Shown: positions 1 through 8,220 of the stretch, one piece after another
How positions within the stretch are numbered: the first letter of the stretch is position 1
How the letters are laid out: each line of letters opens with the position of its first letter
DNA from: Vicinamibacterales bacterium
GTDB lineage: Bacteria; Acidobacteriota; Vicinamibacteria; Vicinamibacterales; 2-12-FULL-66-21
Assembly: GCA_035495555.1 (NCBI GenBank)
Contig: DATJFQ010000022.1
Coordinates: 61,273-125,272 of the forward strand
Length of the DNA: 64,000 nt
Direction of reading: 5' to 3'
Translations under genes and position numbers: made by a program
Notes under the pieces: model-generated
Told to the model about the DNA's origin: nothing
Seen by the model: the letters and a program-made list of their open reading frames with translations, nothing else
Database searches by the model: none

Positions 1-915
1 CGGCCGTTGCATGTCCGTGACGATTTCGCGGATGACCGTCTTCTGATCGCCGGTCAGCCGGAACGGCAGGACCTTGCGCACGGCCTCGCGCACCGCGTCG
101 GTCACGATGACGGGCCGGGATTTTCGTTCGCCTTCGGCGCGCCGCTTCCGGAGGACGATCCCGAGCTGGAAGAGGAAGAACTCTTCGAAGATCAATCGCC
201 GATGCGCCGCCGATCGAAAGGCGTTGAGTGCCTCGATCGATGCGTCTGACGACGGAAAGTGGACGCCCTCGATGGCCGCGCGGCGGCTGACGAGTCCCAG
301 CCGGTCACGGAGCGACGGAGGCAGCGGGTCCGGCAGGTCATCGGGCAGGTGCTCGAGCGCCTGGTGCACCAGCGCGCGCTGCACTTTCGCCGTGAGCTGC
401 CCGGTCTTCTCGTAGATGGGAACGATCCGTCCTGTGTGTACCGTCTGCGGTAACTCCCCCTCGTCTGGCGCTTCGGCGGCCGGTTCGTCGTCTGGGAGGA
501 TTTCGTACTGCGGGCTCTGCATCTGCAGCCCGTGTGACGTGAGTTCGAGCTTTCCGTACAGGATGACGCGCTGATGCGGATGAAAAATGTCGTTGAGGAA
601 CGGCTGATTGAACCAGATCGCCCGCAGGCTCCCGGTCGCATCCCGCACGAGCATTTCGAAGATGCGGAAGCGCGGACGCCGGGTTGGCCGAATCCCGCAC
701 GAAAGGACCTCGCCGGTGATCGTGGCGGCGACACCCGGCTTCAGCGTATCGATCGTTTGAAAATGTCCCCGGTCTTCATAGCGGATCGGGAACCGATACA
801 GCAGGTCTTCGACGGTTTCGAGGCCGACGCGCCGGAGGTCGGCCGCGCGGCGCGGGCCGACGCCCTTCAAATACTGCAGCGAACCCTGCAGCGGATGGAC
901 ATCGGTCTGCGTCAG
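1..915 (-). CDS. recG: ATP-dependent DNA helicase RecG, N-terminal part (gene continues beyond position 1)
   Basis: My minus-strand translation gives LQYLKGVGPRRAADLRRVGLETVEDLLYRFPIRYEDRG...LYGKLELTSHGLQMQSPQYEI...FRLTGDQKTVIREI, typical of the RecG N-terminus and wedge domain. The frame is open to the window edge. The start is unresolved: there is only a CTG at 915, and the in-frame ATG at 999 would overlap the upstream gene by 74 nt. Confidence 0.8.
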   Translation of the reverse strand, partial: MTQTDVHPLQGSLQYLKGVGPRRAADLRRVGLETVEDLLYRFPIRYEDRGHFQTIDTLKPGVAATITGEVLSCGIRPTRRPRFRIFEMLVRDATGSLRAIWFNQPFLNDIFHPHQRVILYGKLELTSHGLQMQSPQYEILPDDEPAAEAPDEGELPQTVHTGRIVPIYEKTGQLTAKVQRALVHQALEHLPDDLPDPLPPSLRDRLGLVSRRAAIEGVHFPSSDASIEALNAFRSAAHRRLIFEEFFLFQLGIVLRKRRAEGERKSRPVIVTDAVREAVRKVLPFRLTGDQKTVIREIVTDMQRP

Positions 916-925
916 GTCCGCACCC

Positions 926-1519
926 CTACTGCAGGACGGTCGCCGTGCCCGTGCCGACGCGGATTTCCTTGATGCGCGCGGGCAGTTGAAACGGCGCATC
1001 CATATCGATGCCGTTGGGAGCCTCAGGCGTGCGCGAATAATAGCTGAGTAATTCCTGCAGGACGAACTTCGGGACGGTTACCCCCGAGAGTTCAGCGGAT
1101 TCGAGCTGGAACCGGCCGGTCCCATTCGACGTCGTCAGCGTGCCCGCGGCGGTGACCGGGACCTTGCCCGACAGGTACCCGATCGGGTCCATCCAGCCGC
1201 GCTGCTTCTGCCGCCGCACGGCATCGAGGTCGACGATGGCGCGGCCCGCCACCCTCCCGTTCCCGAGCGCGTTCAGCGTCGGTTCCGTGATCCCGACAGG
1301 CACCTGCGCTCCGGCCATATAGCGAAGATATGAGTTCACTTCCGTGTCGCTGAGTTCGATGGACTGCCCCCGCGAGGCGTGCGTGGTCGCCGCCGCAAAC
1401 GCTTCGATCCTGGCGAGCTTCGCCCCGAAACGAGCGGCGTCCTGCTGCGTCAGCCGCGGCTGCGCGCCGAGCGCGATAACGGAAATCAGGACGAGGAAAG
1501 CAGCAACTCGAGCCTGCAC
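926..1519 (-). CDS. hypothetical secreted protein (N-terminal signal-like hydrophobic segment)
   Basis: 197-aa ORF with a GTG start. The N-terminus [21 protein letters not shown] looks like a signal peptide. TAAAAT (1531->1526) lies 6 nt upstream of the start. Confidence 0.6.
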   Translation of the reverse strand: MQARVAAFLVLISVIALGAQPRLTQQDAARFGAKLARIEAFAAATTHASRGQSIELSDTEVNSYLRYMAGAQVPVGITEPTLNALGNGRVAGRAIVDLDAVRRQKQRGWMDPIGYLSGKVPVTAAGTLTTSNGTGRFQLESAELSGVTVPKFVLQELLSYYSRTPEAPNGIDMDAPFQLPARIKEIRVGTGTATVLQ

Positions 1520-1550
1520 GCTTCTATTTTAGAACCTTCCGCGCACCGGC

Positions 1551-1620
1551 TTGGGACTTGGGAATTGGGACTTGGGAGTTGGGACTTGGGAGTTGGGAAT
1601 TGGGAGTTGGGAGTTGGGAG
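1551..1620. repeat. tandem heptamer array, 10 x TTGGGAN
   Basis: Read directly: ttgggac ttgggaa ttgggac ttgggag ttgggac ttgggag ttgggaa ttgggag ttgggag ttgggag. It lies between two co-directional minus-strand genes. Confidence 0.95.
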
Positions 1621-1638
1621 GAGTTAACTTTGATACTC

Positions 1639-2157
1639 CTACTTCGCCCGCCCCTGCCGTGCGTTCTGACGGGCTTTCATCAAAAGCTCGAGTTTCCGCG
1701 CTTCCATCCGTTCTTCGAACAACCGGAACCGCGCCTGCTGCTGCACGTCGAGCACGCCGTCGACCTCGTCGGCAGCTTTCCGAATCTCCCCGGCGGCCCG
1801 ATCGTCTTCGTCCCGCAGCGCCCTCAGCTTGTCGCGAAGCGACACGTCGGCCGGTGACGACCCGTTCAGGGTGCGGCGGAGATCCGCCAGCAACTGCGTG
1901 CGCGCGACCTGATGACGCCGCCGCGTGTCCTGAAGCGCCTTCAGCTTCGCGACGAATTTCCCGTATTGCGCGTCCGAGAGGCTCAACGCGTCCTGCGCCT
2001 GCACGATCGTCCATGCGTCGAACATGCGCTGGACTTCCGCGGGCGTGATCGGCGCGGCGTCGTCGGTGGCGGCCGGCGCTTGCCGACGCTCCGCACGCTG
2101 AGCCGCGGCGGCGGGCATCGCCATGAGCAACGACACGATGATGACGAACACGCGCAT
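1639..2157 (-). CDS. periplasmic Spy/CpxP-like helical protein, third gene of the ECF operon
   Basis: Signal peptide [20 protein letters not shown] followed by charged helical repeats ([16 protein letters not shown]..., [21 protein letters not shown]). It sits directly downstream of the anti-sigma gene. Confidence 0.6.
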   Translation of the reverse strand: MRVFVIIVSLLMAMPAAAAQRAERRQAPAATDDAAPITPAEVQRMFDAWTIVQAQDALSLSDAQYGKFVAKLKALQDTRRRHQVARTQLLADLRRTLNGSSPADVSLRDKLRALRDEDDRAAGEIRKAADEVDGVLDVQQQARFRLFEERMEARKLELLMKARQNARQGRAK

Positions 2158-2158
2158 G

Positions 2159-2716
2159 TCAGTTCCCGGGCCTCTTCATCTCGTCCTCGAGCAGCCGGCG
2201 CAGTTCCCGTCGTTCCGCGGCCGACAGGTTCACGACGGCGCGATCGACCTCCGACGGGCGGACGGTGAGCGGTGCCGCCTGCGGATCCTGCTGCTCGACG
2301 CTCGACGCGACTTCCGTCAACAGATTCCACGCCGGATCATCGGTGGGGGCAGGCGCTGCAGGTCCGATCGCCGAAGGCGCCACGACGACGGGCGGCGACA
2401 CCCGCGCGTCGCGCCCGCCGATCAGCACGGCCGCGACGACGGCGACGGAACAGGCGATCGCCCATGCAGGATGCCGCCACCAGGCCACCGGGTCTGGTCT
2501 GCTGTTCCGCACGGCGTCGCTGACGCGAACGGAAAAATGATCCCAGAAGAGCGGCGACGGTTCGGGCACGTCTGTCTCGTGCGCTTCACGGAGTGTGTCG
2601 CGCACGATTCTTGCCTGCTCCGCGCAGGCGCGGCAGGCGTCCAGATGCGTGCGGCGTCGGTCGGGCAGACGTCCTTCGACATCGTCGACGAACTCGGCCG
2701 CGGAAAGATGCTTCAT
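2159..2716 (-). CDS. anti-sigma factor (zf-HC2-like N-terminus, one TM helix)
   Basis: HLDACRACAEQ motif and TM segment AWAIACSVAVVAAVLIGG. It overlaps the sigma factor gene by 4 nt. Confidence 0.7.
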   Translation of the reverse strand: MKHLSAAEFVDDVEGRLPDRRRTHLDACRACAEQARIVRDTLREAHETDVPEPSPLFWDHFSVRVSDAVRNSRPDPVAWWRHPAWAIACSVAVVAAVLIGGRDARVSPPVVVAPSAIGPAAPAPTDDPAWNLLTEVASSVEQQDPQAAPLTVRPSEVDRAVVNLSAAERRELRRLLEDEMKRPGN

Positions 2717-3324
2717 GCCTCGGTCATCAGCTTCCTGAGATTGTTGAGCGCGTGAAAGAAGTTTGCCTTCACCGCGCCCACGGAACTGCCGAGAATCCGC
2801 GCAATCTCTTCGTGCGGCAACTCGTGATACACGCGCAGAATCAACGTCGCGCGCTGCCGTGGCGGCAGGTTGCGGATCGCCGCACGCACGTGTTTCGCCC
2901 GCTCGCTGCGCAGCACCGCGTCGACCGGTGCTTCGTCCGTTGAACGAAGATCATCGAGGACCACGGGCGCGAGCGGTTCCAGAGTCTTCTTCGACGCCGC
3001 GTGGTTGAGACACACGTTGATCGCGATTCGATACAGCCACGTCGCGAGCGATGCCTGCCCTTTGAAGGAACGCAGTCCTTTGTATGCGCGCACGAAGGCA
3101 TCCTGCGCGAGATCGCTCGCGTCTTCGTGCGTGCCCGTGAACCGGTAGCACACGCGATACACCACCCGCTGGTGCCGTTCGACAATCGTGTCGAACGCGT
3201 GCCGGTCTCCATCGAGACAGGCCTGCACCAGGTCGGCATCCGTCGGGTTCGTCAGGGTCACGGTCGCGTCGAGCGCGACAAGCTTCTCCGGGTGCCGGGT
3301 TCGCGGCCACACACGCGTCAGCAT
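2713..3324 (-). CDS. ECF (sigma-70 family, group IV) RNA polymerase sigma factor
   Basis: Region 2 (DLAQDAFVRAYKGLRSFKGQASLATWLYRIAINVCLN) and region 4 (LPPRQRATLILRVYHELPHEEIARILGSSVGAVKANFFHALNNLR) are both recognisable. Confidence 0.9.
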   Translation of the reverse strand: MLTRVWPRTRHPEKLVALDATVTLTNPTDADLVQACLDGDRHAFDTIVERHQRVVYRVCYRFTGTHEDASDLAQDAFVRAYKGLRSFKGQASLATWLYRIAINVCLNHAASKKTLEPLAPVVLDDLRSTDEAPVDAVLRSERAKHVRAAIRNLPPRQRATLILRVYHELPHEEIARILGSSVGAVKANFFHALNNLRKLMTEA

Positions 3325-3335
3325 GCCTCACCTAT

Positions 3336-3364
3336 TTAGACCGAAGCCGGGGTGAAAAGTTACC
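3336..3364 (-). promoter_or_regulatory. candidate ECF-type promoter (GGTAAC-N17-GTCTAA) upstream of the ECF sigma gene
   Basis: The minus strand reads GGTAAC ttttcaccccggcttcg GTCTAA ataggtgaggc ATG. It resembles the AAC/-10 TCTAA pattern of autoregulated ECF promoters. Motif match only. Confidence 0.35.
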
Positions 3365-3371
3365 TCGACCG

Positions 3372-3400
3372 TTGACTTTCGCTTTTCCTTTGCGTATAGT
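3372..3400 (+). promoter_or_regulatory. sigma-70-type promoter of lexA (TTGACT-17 nt-TATAGT)
   Basis: TTGACT at 3372-3377, exact 17-nt spacer, TATAGT at 3395-3400. The lexA ATG (3407) starts 6 nt after the -10, which implies a leaderless transcript. Confidence 0.6.
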
Positions 3401-3406
3401 CCCCGC

Positions 3407-4012
3407 ATGCTGCCATTGACGAAGCGTCAACGGGAAATCCTCGATTACCTGAACGACTTCATCGCCCGTCACGGCTACGCGCCCAGCCTGGAAGAGATCG
3501 GCCGCCGGTTCGGCCTCTCGTCGCTCGCGACCGTTCATAAACATCTCACCAACCTTCAGGAAAAGGGCTTCATCAAGCGCGCGTGGAACCGCAGCCGATC
3601 CGTCGAGCTCGTCTCGGCGCCCGTCGGCGGGCGGGCCGTCGAACTTCCGCTTCTGGGATACGTCGCGGCCGGCGCTCCGATCGAGGCCGTTGTCGGGAAC
3701 GAAACGATCGTCGTACCCGAGGACCTGGTCGGCAAACGGGACACATACGTGCTGCGCGTCAAAGGCGATTCGATGATCGACGAGCAGATCCGCGACGGCG
3801 ACTTCGTCATCGTGGAGGACCGCCATACCGCCGACAACGGCGAGATGGTGATCGCGATGCTGCACGCGGGGGACGTCACGCTCAAGAAGTTCTACCGGGA
3901 ATACGGTCACATCCGCCTCCAGCCCGCCAACCCGGCCATGCAGCCGATCCTCGTGCATCCTGACCAGGTGCAGATTCAGGGCGTCGTCGTGGGGGTCATG
4001 CGCCGATATTGA
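3407..4012 (+). CDS. lexA: LexA repressor / SOS autopeptidase
   Basis: N-terminal winged HTH (LTKRQREILDYLNDFIARHGYAPSLEEIGRRFGLSSLATVHKHLTNLQEKGFI) and C-terminal S24 domain (VKGDSMIDEQIRDGDFVIV...VTLKKF). Confidence 0.95.
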   Translation: MLPLTKRQREILDYLNDFIARHGYAPSLEEIGRRFGLSSLATVHKHLTNLQEKGFIKRAWNRSRSVELVSAPVGGRAVELPLLGYVAAGAPIEAVVGNETIVVPEDLVGKRDTYVLRVKGDSMIDEQIRDGDFVIVEDRHTADNGEMVIAMLHAGDVTLKKFYREYGHIRLQPANPAMQPILVHPDQVQIQGVVVGVMRRY

Positions 4013-4038
4013 TCCGTGCCCTCAGGCATACTAGGCGC

Positions 4039-4353
4039 ATGAACGAACGCAAACAGATCAATTTCACGATCGTGCCCGACGATGAAAACGATTCACCGCG
4101 CACGTATGCGAACTTCTGCGCGATCTCCCATACGCCGTTCGACTTCACGCTGTCGTTCTGCGAAGTGCAACCGTTGTCGCAGCGCGACATCGAGAACGCC
4201 GAATCCGATCACGTCGTCCGCGCGCCGGTCCGTGCGCGCGTCGTGCTGCCGCTGCAGGTCGTGCCCAACCTGATTGCCGCCCTCCAGGAGCACATGCGCG
4301 TCTTCGCGGATTCGACGGGCACCGCCGCGTGGAACAAGGACCCGGTGCACTGA
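4039..4353 (+). CDS. DUF3467-family protein
   Basis: YANFCAISHTPFDFTLSFCEV core typical of DUF3467. I prefer the ATG at 4039 (MNERKQINF) over the ORF-track start at 4009, which overlaps lexA. Confidence 0.7.
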   Translation: MNERKQINFTIVPDDENDSPRTYANFCAISHTPFDFTLSFCEVQPLSQRDIENAESDHVVRAPVRARVVLPLQVVPNLIAALQEHMRVFADSTGTAAWNKDPVH

Positions 4354-4375
4354 GCCGCGGGCAGGAGTGACCGCG

Positions 4376-5110
4376 ATGAAGTCAGCGGCCGAAACGCGCG
4401 CGATCATGAGGAAACTGCGCGCGCAGCATCCCAACGCGGACACCGAGCTGCATTTCCGCAACGCGTACGAACTGCTCGTTGCGACGATCCTCTCGGCACA
4501 GTGCACCGACGAGCGGGTCAATCAGGTCACGCCGGCGCTCTTTGAACGCTACCCCGAGCCAACCGTGCTCGCCAGGGCGACGACGGCGGAATTGGAACCG
4601 CAGATTCAGTCCACCGGCTTCTTTCGCATGAAGTCGAAGTCGCTGGTCGGTATGGCCACGGCCGTCGTCAAGGATTTCGGCGGTACCATCCCCGCGAGGA
4701 TGGAGGACCTGACGTCGCTGCCGGGTGTCGGCCGAAAGACGGCGAACGTGGTCCTGGGCCACGCGCTCGGAGTGCCGGGGCTGCCCGTCGACCGGCATGT
4801 CCTGCGTGTCTCCAACCGGATTGGAATCGCCGAGGGCGACGATCCGGAACTCGTCGAAGAACAGTTGTGCACGGCGATGCCCCGAGCGGAATGGACGCGC
4901 ACGTCGGACACCCTCATCCTGCACGGCCGCCGCATCTGCAAGCCGCGGCCGCTCTGCGAGCGGTGCGCCGTCCGCAACGAGTGCGACTACTACCGCACGA
5001 CGCTCGGTGCCACGGGAAAGCACCGATCGCCCAAGAGTTCCAGCCGCTCTGCGTTCTCAGGCAAGGCTCGGAAGCCGCAGTCCGGCCGCCGCGCGAGGCC
5101 GAAGTCGTGA
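4376..5110 (+). CDS. nth: endonuclease III (DNA glycosylase/AP lyase)
   Basis: HhH-GPD motif LPGVGRKTANVVL and an Fe-S cluster motif C-x6-C-x2-C-x5-C (CKPRPLCERCAVRNEC). AGGAG Shine-Dalgarno 8 nt upstream of ATG 4376. The longer ORF-track N-terminus looks spurious. Confidence 0.92.
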   Translation: MKSAAETRAIMRKLRAQHPNADTELHFRNAYELLVATILSAQCTDERVNQVTPALFERYPEPTVLARATTAELEPQIQSTGFFRMKSKSLVGMATAVVKDFGGTIPARMEDLTSLPGVGRKTANVVLGHALGVPGLPVDRHVLRVSNRIGIAEGDDPELVEEQLCTAMPRAEWTRTSDTLILHGRRICKPRPLCERCAVRNECDYYRTTLGATGKHRSPKSSSRSAFSGKARKPQSGRRARPKS

Positions 5111-5508
5111 CCAGGGAGAGGTTCTCAGAACTTGTAGAGGAAGCGCTTGGCGACATCCCGGAACGCTTCCGGGAAGCCATGCAGAACGTGGCACTCGTCG
5201 TCGAGGACGAGCCCTCCCCCGCCTTGTTGCGCGATCTGGGGATGCACCGGGGCGAAACGCTGCTCGGTCTCTACCACGGCACCCCGCTGCCCCAGCGATC
5301 GTGGGATTACGGAAACACCCTGCCGGATCGCATCTCTATTTATCAACGCCCGATCGAGCACGAGTGCGGCGACGAGGAGGATGCGATTCGCGACTGCATC
5401 GCGGAAACGGTCATCCACGAGTTCGGGCACTACTTCGGGCTGAGCGAAGAAGAGATCCAGGACATCGAAGAGCGGTTCTGGCGCGGCGACTCCGTGCAGG
5501 ACGCATGA
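5107..5508 (+). CDS. zincin-like metallopeptidase (DUF1025-like, HEFGH motif)
   Basis: IAETVIHEFGHYFGLSEEEI. GTG start at 5107 overlaps the nth stop (GTGA). The upstream part of the ORF-track frame lies inside nth. Confidence 0.8.
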   Translation: MTRERFSELVEEALGDIPERFREAMQNVALVVEDEPSPALLRDLGMHRGETLLGLYHGTPLPQRSWDYGNTLPDRISIYQRPIEHECGDEEDAIRDCIAETVIHEFGHYFGLSEEEIQDIEERFWRGDSVQDA

Positions 5509-6311
5509 AGCCGCGGCCGCGAAAGCGCTTCGGACAGCACTTTCTCGAGCCCGCCTGGGCGGATCGCGTAGTCGACGCGATTGACCCGCAGCCGTCGGAC
5601 CGCTTCCTGGAGATAGGCCCCGGACCCGGGGTGTTGACGCGGCGGCTCGCACCGCGCGTCTCCCACCTCACCGCGATCGAAGTCGACCGGGACCTCGCGG
5701 CCGCACTCGCGCATGAGGCCCTCCCGAACGTCGACGTCGTCGCAGGCGACGTCCTCGAGATCGATCCGGGTCCGGTCGTCGGCGGCGAGCCCCTGCGAAT
5801 TGCGGGAAATCTTCCGTACAACATCTCATCGCCCATTCTCTTCCGGCTGCTGGACTGGGGCCGGCGTTTCAGGAAGATTGCGGACGCCACGCTGATGGTG
5901 CAGCAGGAGTTCGCCGACCGCCTCGTGGCGGCGGTGGGGACCAAAGACTATGGCGTGCTGACGATCTTTACGACGATGGCCGCGGAGGTCCGGCGGCTGT
6001 TCGACCTGCCGCCGGGTGCTTTCCGGCCGGTGCCGAGAGTGCGATCCTCGGTGGTCCGCCTGCGGTTCAGACCGGCCGGAGTGGCCGTGCGCTCGGAAAC
6101 GACGTTTACCGAGGTGGTGCGGTCCGTGTTCACGCAGCGAAGAAAAACCATGGCCAATGCCACCCGGACCGTCGCCGAAAGCCGCCGCGTCACCGCCGCC
6201 GCCGCCCTCGCGGATGCGGGCATCGATCCCCGCCGACGGCCCGAGACCCTCACCATCGAAGAGTTCGCGCGTCTGGCGAACGTCTTGTCGCGCGACGTTC
6301 CGCCGGCCTAG
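5505..6311 (+). CDS. rsmA: 16S rRNA (adenine1518/1519-N6)-dimethyltransferase
   Basis: MKPRPRKRFGQHFL..., SAM motif FLEIGPGPGVLT, and NLPYNISSPILF. ATGA overlap with the preceding gene. Confidence 0.93.
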   Translation: MKPRPRKRFGQHFLEPAWADRVVDAIDPQPSDRFLEIGPGPGVLTRRLAPRVSHLTAIEVDRDLAAALAHEALPNVDVVAGDVLEIDPGPVVGGEPLRIAGNLPYNISSPILFRLLDWGRRFRKIADATLMVQQEFADRLVAAVGTKDYGVLTIFTTMAAEVRRLFDLPPGAFRPVPRVRSSVVRLRFRPAGVAVRSETTFTEVVRSVFTQRRKTMANATRTVAESRRVTAAAALADAGIDPRRRPETLTIEEFARLANVLSRDVPPA

Positions 6312-6526
6312 TTCCGCTGCCGCGGCGTTCTCGGCGGCCCGCGCTCTCCCACATCGCTTCCGCGCGTAACTCTTTTCTGCTGAGCAGCTTTCGCAACCTG
6401 TGCTATAGTGCATCGCGTTCTGCTTCACTGTCCCAGCGGTGTGGCGGAAAGGGACATGCCTGCCTATGCGGCGCCAGCCGCGGCCTGTCCATGCGGCCTG
6501 ACCTTGTCCTCTGACTGGGACTCGAT

Positions 6527-8218
6527 TTGACATACGGTTCGGAAACCGCCGGTGCGTCCGGCACGCCACCACTCGACCCGCTCGAGATTATCCCGCTCGG
6601 CGGGCTGGGTGAATTCGGGATGAACATGATGGTTGTCGCGTGCGGCGACACCGCCATCCTCATTGACGCTGGTGTGATGTTCCCCGAGCCGGAACTGCTC
6701 GGGGTCGATCTGATCATCCCCGACCTGCGCCAGCTCCAGCAGTATCGGCTGAAGGCGCTGGTGTTGACGCATGGGCACGAGGATCACATCGGCGCCGTCC
6801 CCTACGTGCTGCCGTATATCGACGGTCCGATCTACGGGACTCCGCTCACCCTCGCCCTTGTCGAGCCCAAGCTGCAGGAGCACGGGGAGGACGTCCGCGA
6901 TCGGCTCGTCACGGTGCAGCCGCGCGAACGGGTCCGCATCGGCGACTTCACCATCGAATTCATCCGCGTGACGCACAGCATGCCGGATTGCGTGGCGCTG
7001 GCCATCACGACGCCGGCGGGCATCGTGGTCCACACGGGCGACTTCAAGATCGATCAAACGCCGCTCGACGGCGAGCACGTCGACTTCCACCGGCTGGCGG
7101 AACTGGGCGCCGCTGGTGTGCGCGTGCTGCTCGCCGACAGCACCAACATCGAGCGGAAGGGCGTCAGCGGGTCCGAGCGCGACGTCATCGACGCCTTCGA
7201 GGAGATCTTCACCAGCGCGCAGGGCCGTATCGTCGTCGCGGCGTTCGCGTCGAGCATCTACCGGATGCAGGTGCTGCTCGACCTCGCACGCCAGTTCGAC
7301 CGCAAGGTGGCGTTCGTCGGCCGCGGGGTAAACGAGAACTCCCAAATCGCAGAACGTCTTGGATATCTCCGCATCCCGCCCGGCGTGCAGATTCGCGACA
7401 GCGACGTCCGCAGCTACCCGGCCCAGGACGTGGTCTGCATCTGCACAGGCTCTCAAGGAGAGCCGCAGGCAGCGCTCCCCCGGATTGCCATCGACGACCA
7501 TCGCCACGTGAAGCTCGACCGGGACGACGTCGTCGTCTTTTCCGCCAGGGAGATTCCCGGCAACGAGAAGGCCATCGGCCGCGTGATGAACCACATCGCC
7601 AGGCGCGGCGCCGAGGTGGTCCACGAGGGGATCAAGCACGTCCACGTTTCCGGCCACGGATCCGAAGAAGAGCTGAAACTGATGCTTTCCCTCATACGGC
7701 CGGAGTTCTTCGTGCCGATACACGGGGAGTACCGGCAGCTCGCGCGGCACGCACGGGTCGCCGCCCGCGTCTCCCCCAGAACGCGGGTCGTGCTGGCGGA
7801 GAACGGAGACGTGATTCGCGTGGATGCCGAGGGAGCCCGGATCGCCGACAAGGTGCCGGCGGGACGGATCCTGATCGACGGCACCCACACCGGCGAGGTC
7901 GGAGACGAGGTGCTTCGCGACCGGAGGCATCTCGCCAACGACGGACTCGTGGTGCCGGTGGTGGCCATCGGCAGCAAGTCCGGCGCCGTCGAGGACCAGC
8001 CCGACGTCATCACCCGCGGCTTCGTCGTCGACGCGCGCACGGAAGCGCTGCTCAAGGAAGTGCCGGCGCTCGTCAACGCAGCCGTCGAGAGCGCCAGCCT
8101 CGAGGAGCGCACGGATCCGGGACTCATCAAGGAGAAGATTCGAGTGGACCTCCAGCGGTTCTTCCGCAAACGTTCGGGCCTCCGGCCGCTCGTGCTGCCC
8201 GTGGTGATGGAGATCTGA
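6527..8218 (+). CDS. rnj: ribonuclease J
   Basis: Metallo-beta-lactamase/beta-CASP signature: IIPLGGLGEFGMNMMVV, LTHGHEDHIGAVPYV, GDFKID, HVSGHGSEEELKLM. TTG start. Confidence 0.93.
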   Translation: MTYGSETAGASGTPPLDPLEIIPLGGLGEFGMNMMVVACGDTAILIDAGVMFPEPELLGVDLIIPDLRQLQQYRLKALVLTHGHEDHIGAVPYVLPYIDGPIYGTPLTLALVEPKLQEHGEDVRDRLVTVQPRERVRIGDFTIEFIRVTHSMPDCVALAITTPAGIVVHTGDFKIDQTPLDGEHVDFHRLAELGAAGVRVLLADSTNIERKGVSGSERDVIDAFEEIFTSAQGRIVVAAFASSIYRMQVLLDLARQFDRKVAFVGRGVNENSQIAERLGYLRIPPGVQIRDSDVRSYPAQDVVCICTGSQGEPQAALPRIAIDDHRHVKLDRDDVVVFSAREIPGNEKAIGRVMNHIARRGAEVVHEGIKHVHVSGHGSEEELKLMLSLIRPEFFVPIHGEYRQLARHARVAARVSPRTRVVLAENGDVIRVDAEGARIADKVPAGRILIDGTHTGEVGDEVLRDRRHLANDGLVVPVVAIGSKSGAVEDQPDVITRGFVVDARTEALLKEVPALVNAAVESASLEERTDPGLIKEKIRVDLQRFFRKRSGLRPLVLPVVMEI

Positions 8219-8220
8219 GG

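Noticed and set aside
1379-2048. ORFs translating as [11 protein letters not shown]... (1379..1627, 1551..2048, 1558..1857). Similar repeat-derived peptides occur at 14562..15485, 32831..33103, 35864..36076 and 52448..53182.
   Set aside because: The repetitive peptide is simply the heptamer or octamer DNA array read in frame. The remainder of each ORF overlaps real genes on the other strand.
3359-3374. Possible LexA box GTTA-N8-GTTG overlapping the lexA -35.
   Set aside because: It matches the GTTC-N7-GTTC direct-repeat type poorly, with wrong spacing and two mismatches. It is kept only as a pointer within the lexA finding.
6464-7930. Long antisense or overlapping ORFs opposite well-supported genes. 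Examples: 6464..7930(-), 7453..9624(-), 9640..10767(-), 11125..12480(-), 34497..35957(-), 41142..42149(-), 45147..46112(-), 55432..56556(-).
   Set aside because: Their translations are Arg/Gly/Ala/Pro-rich with no recognisable motifs, and each is fully overlapped by a gene with clear family signatures. This is the usual stop-codon-poor artefact of high-GC DNA.
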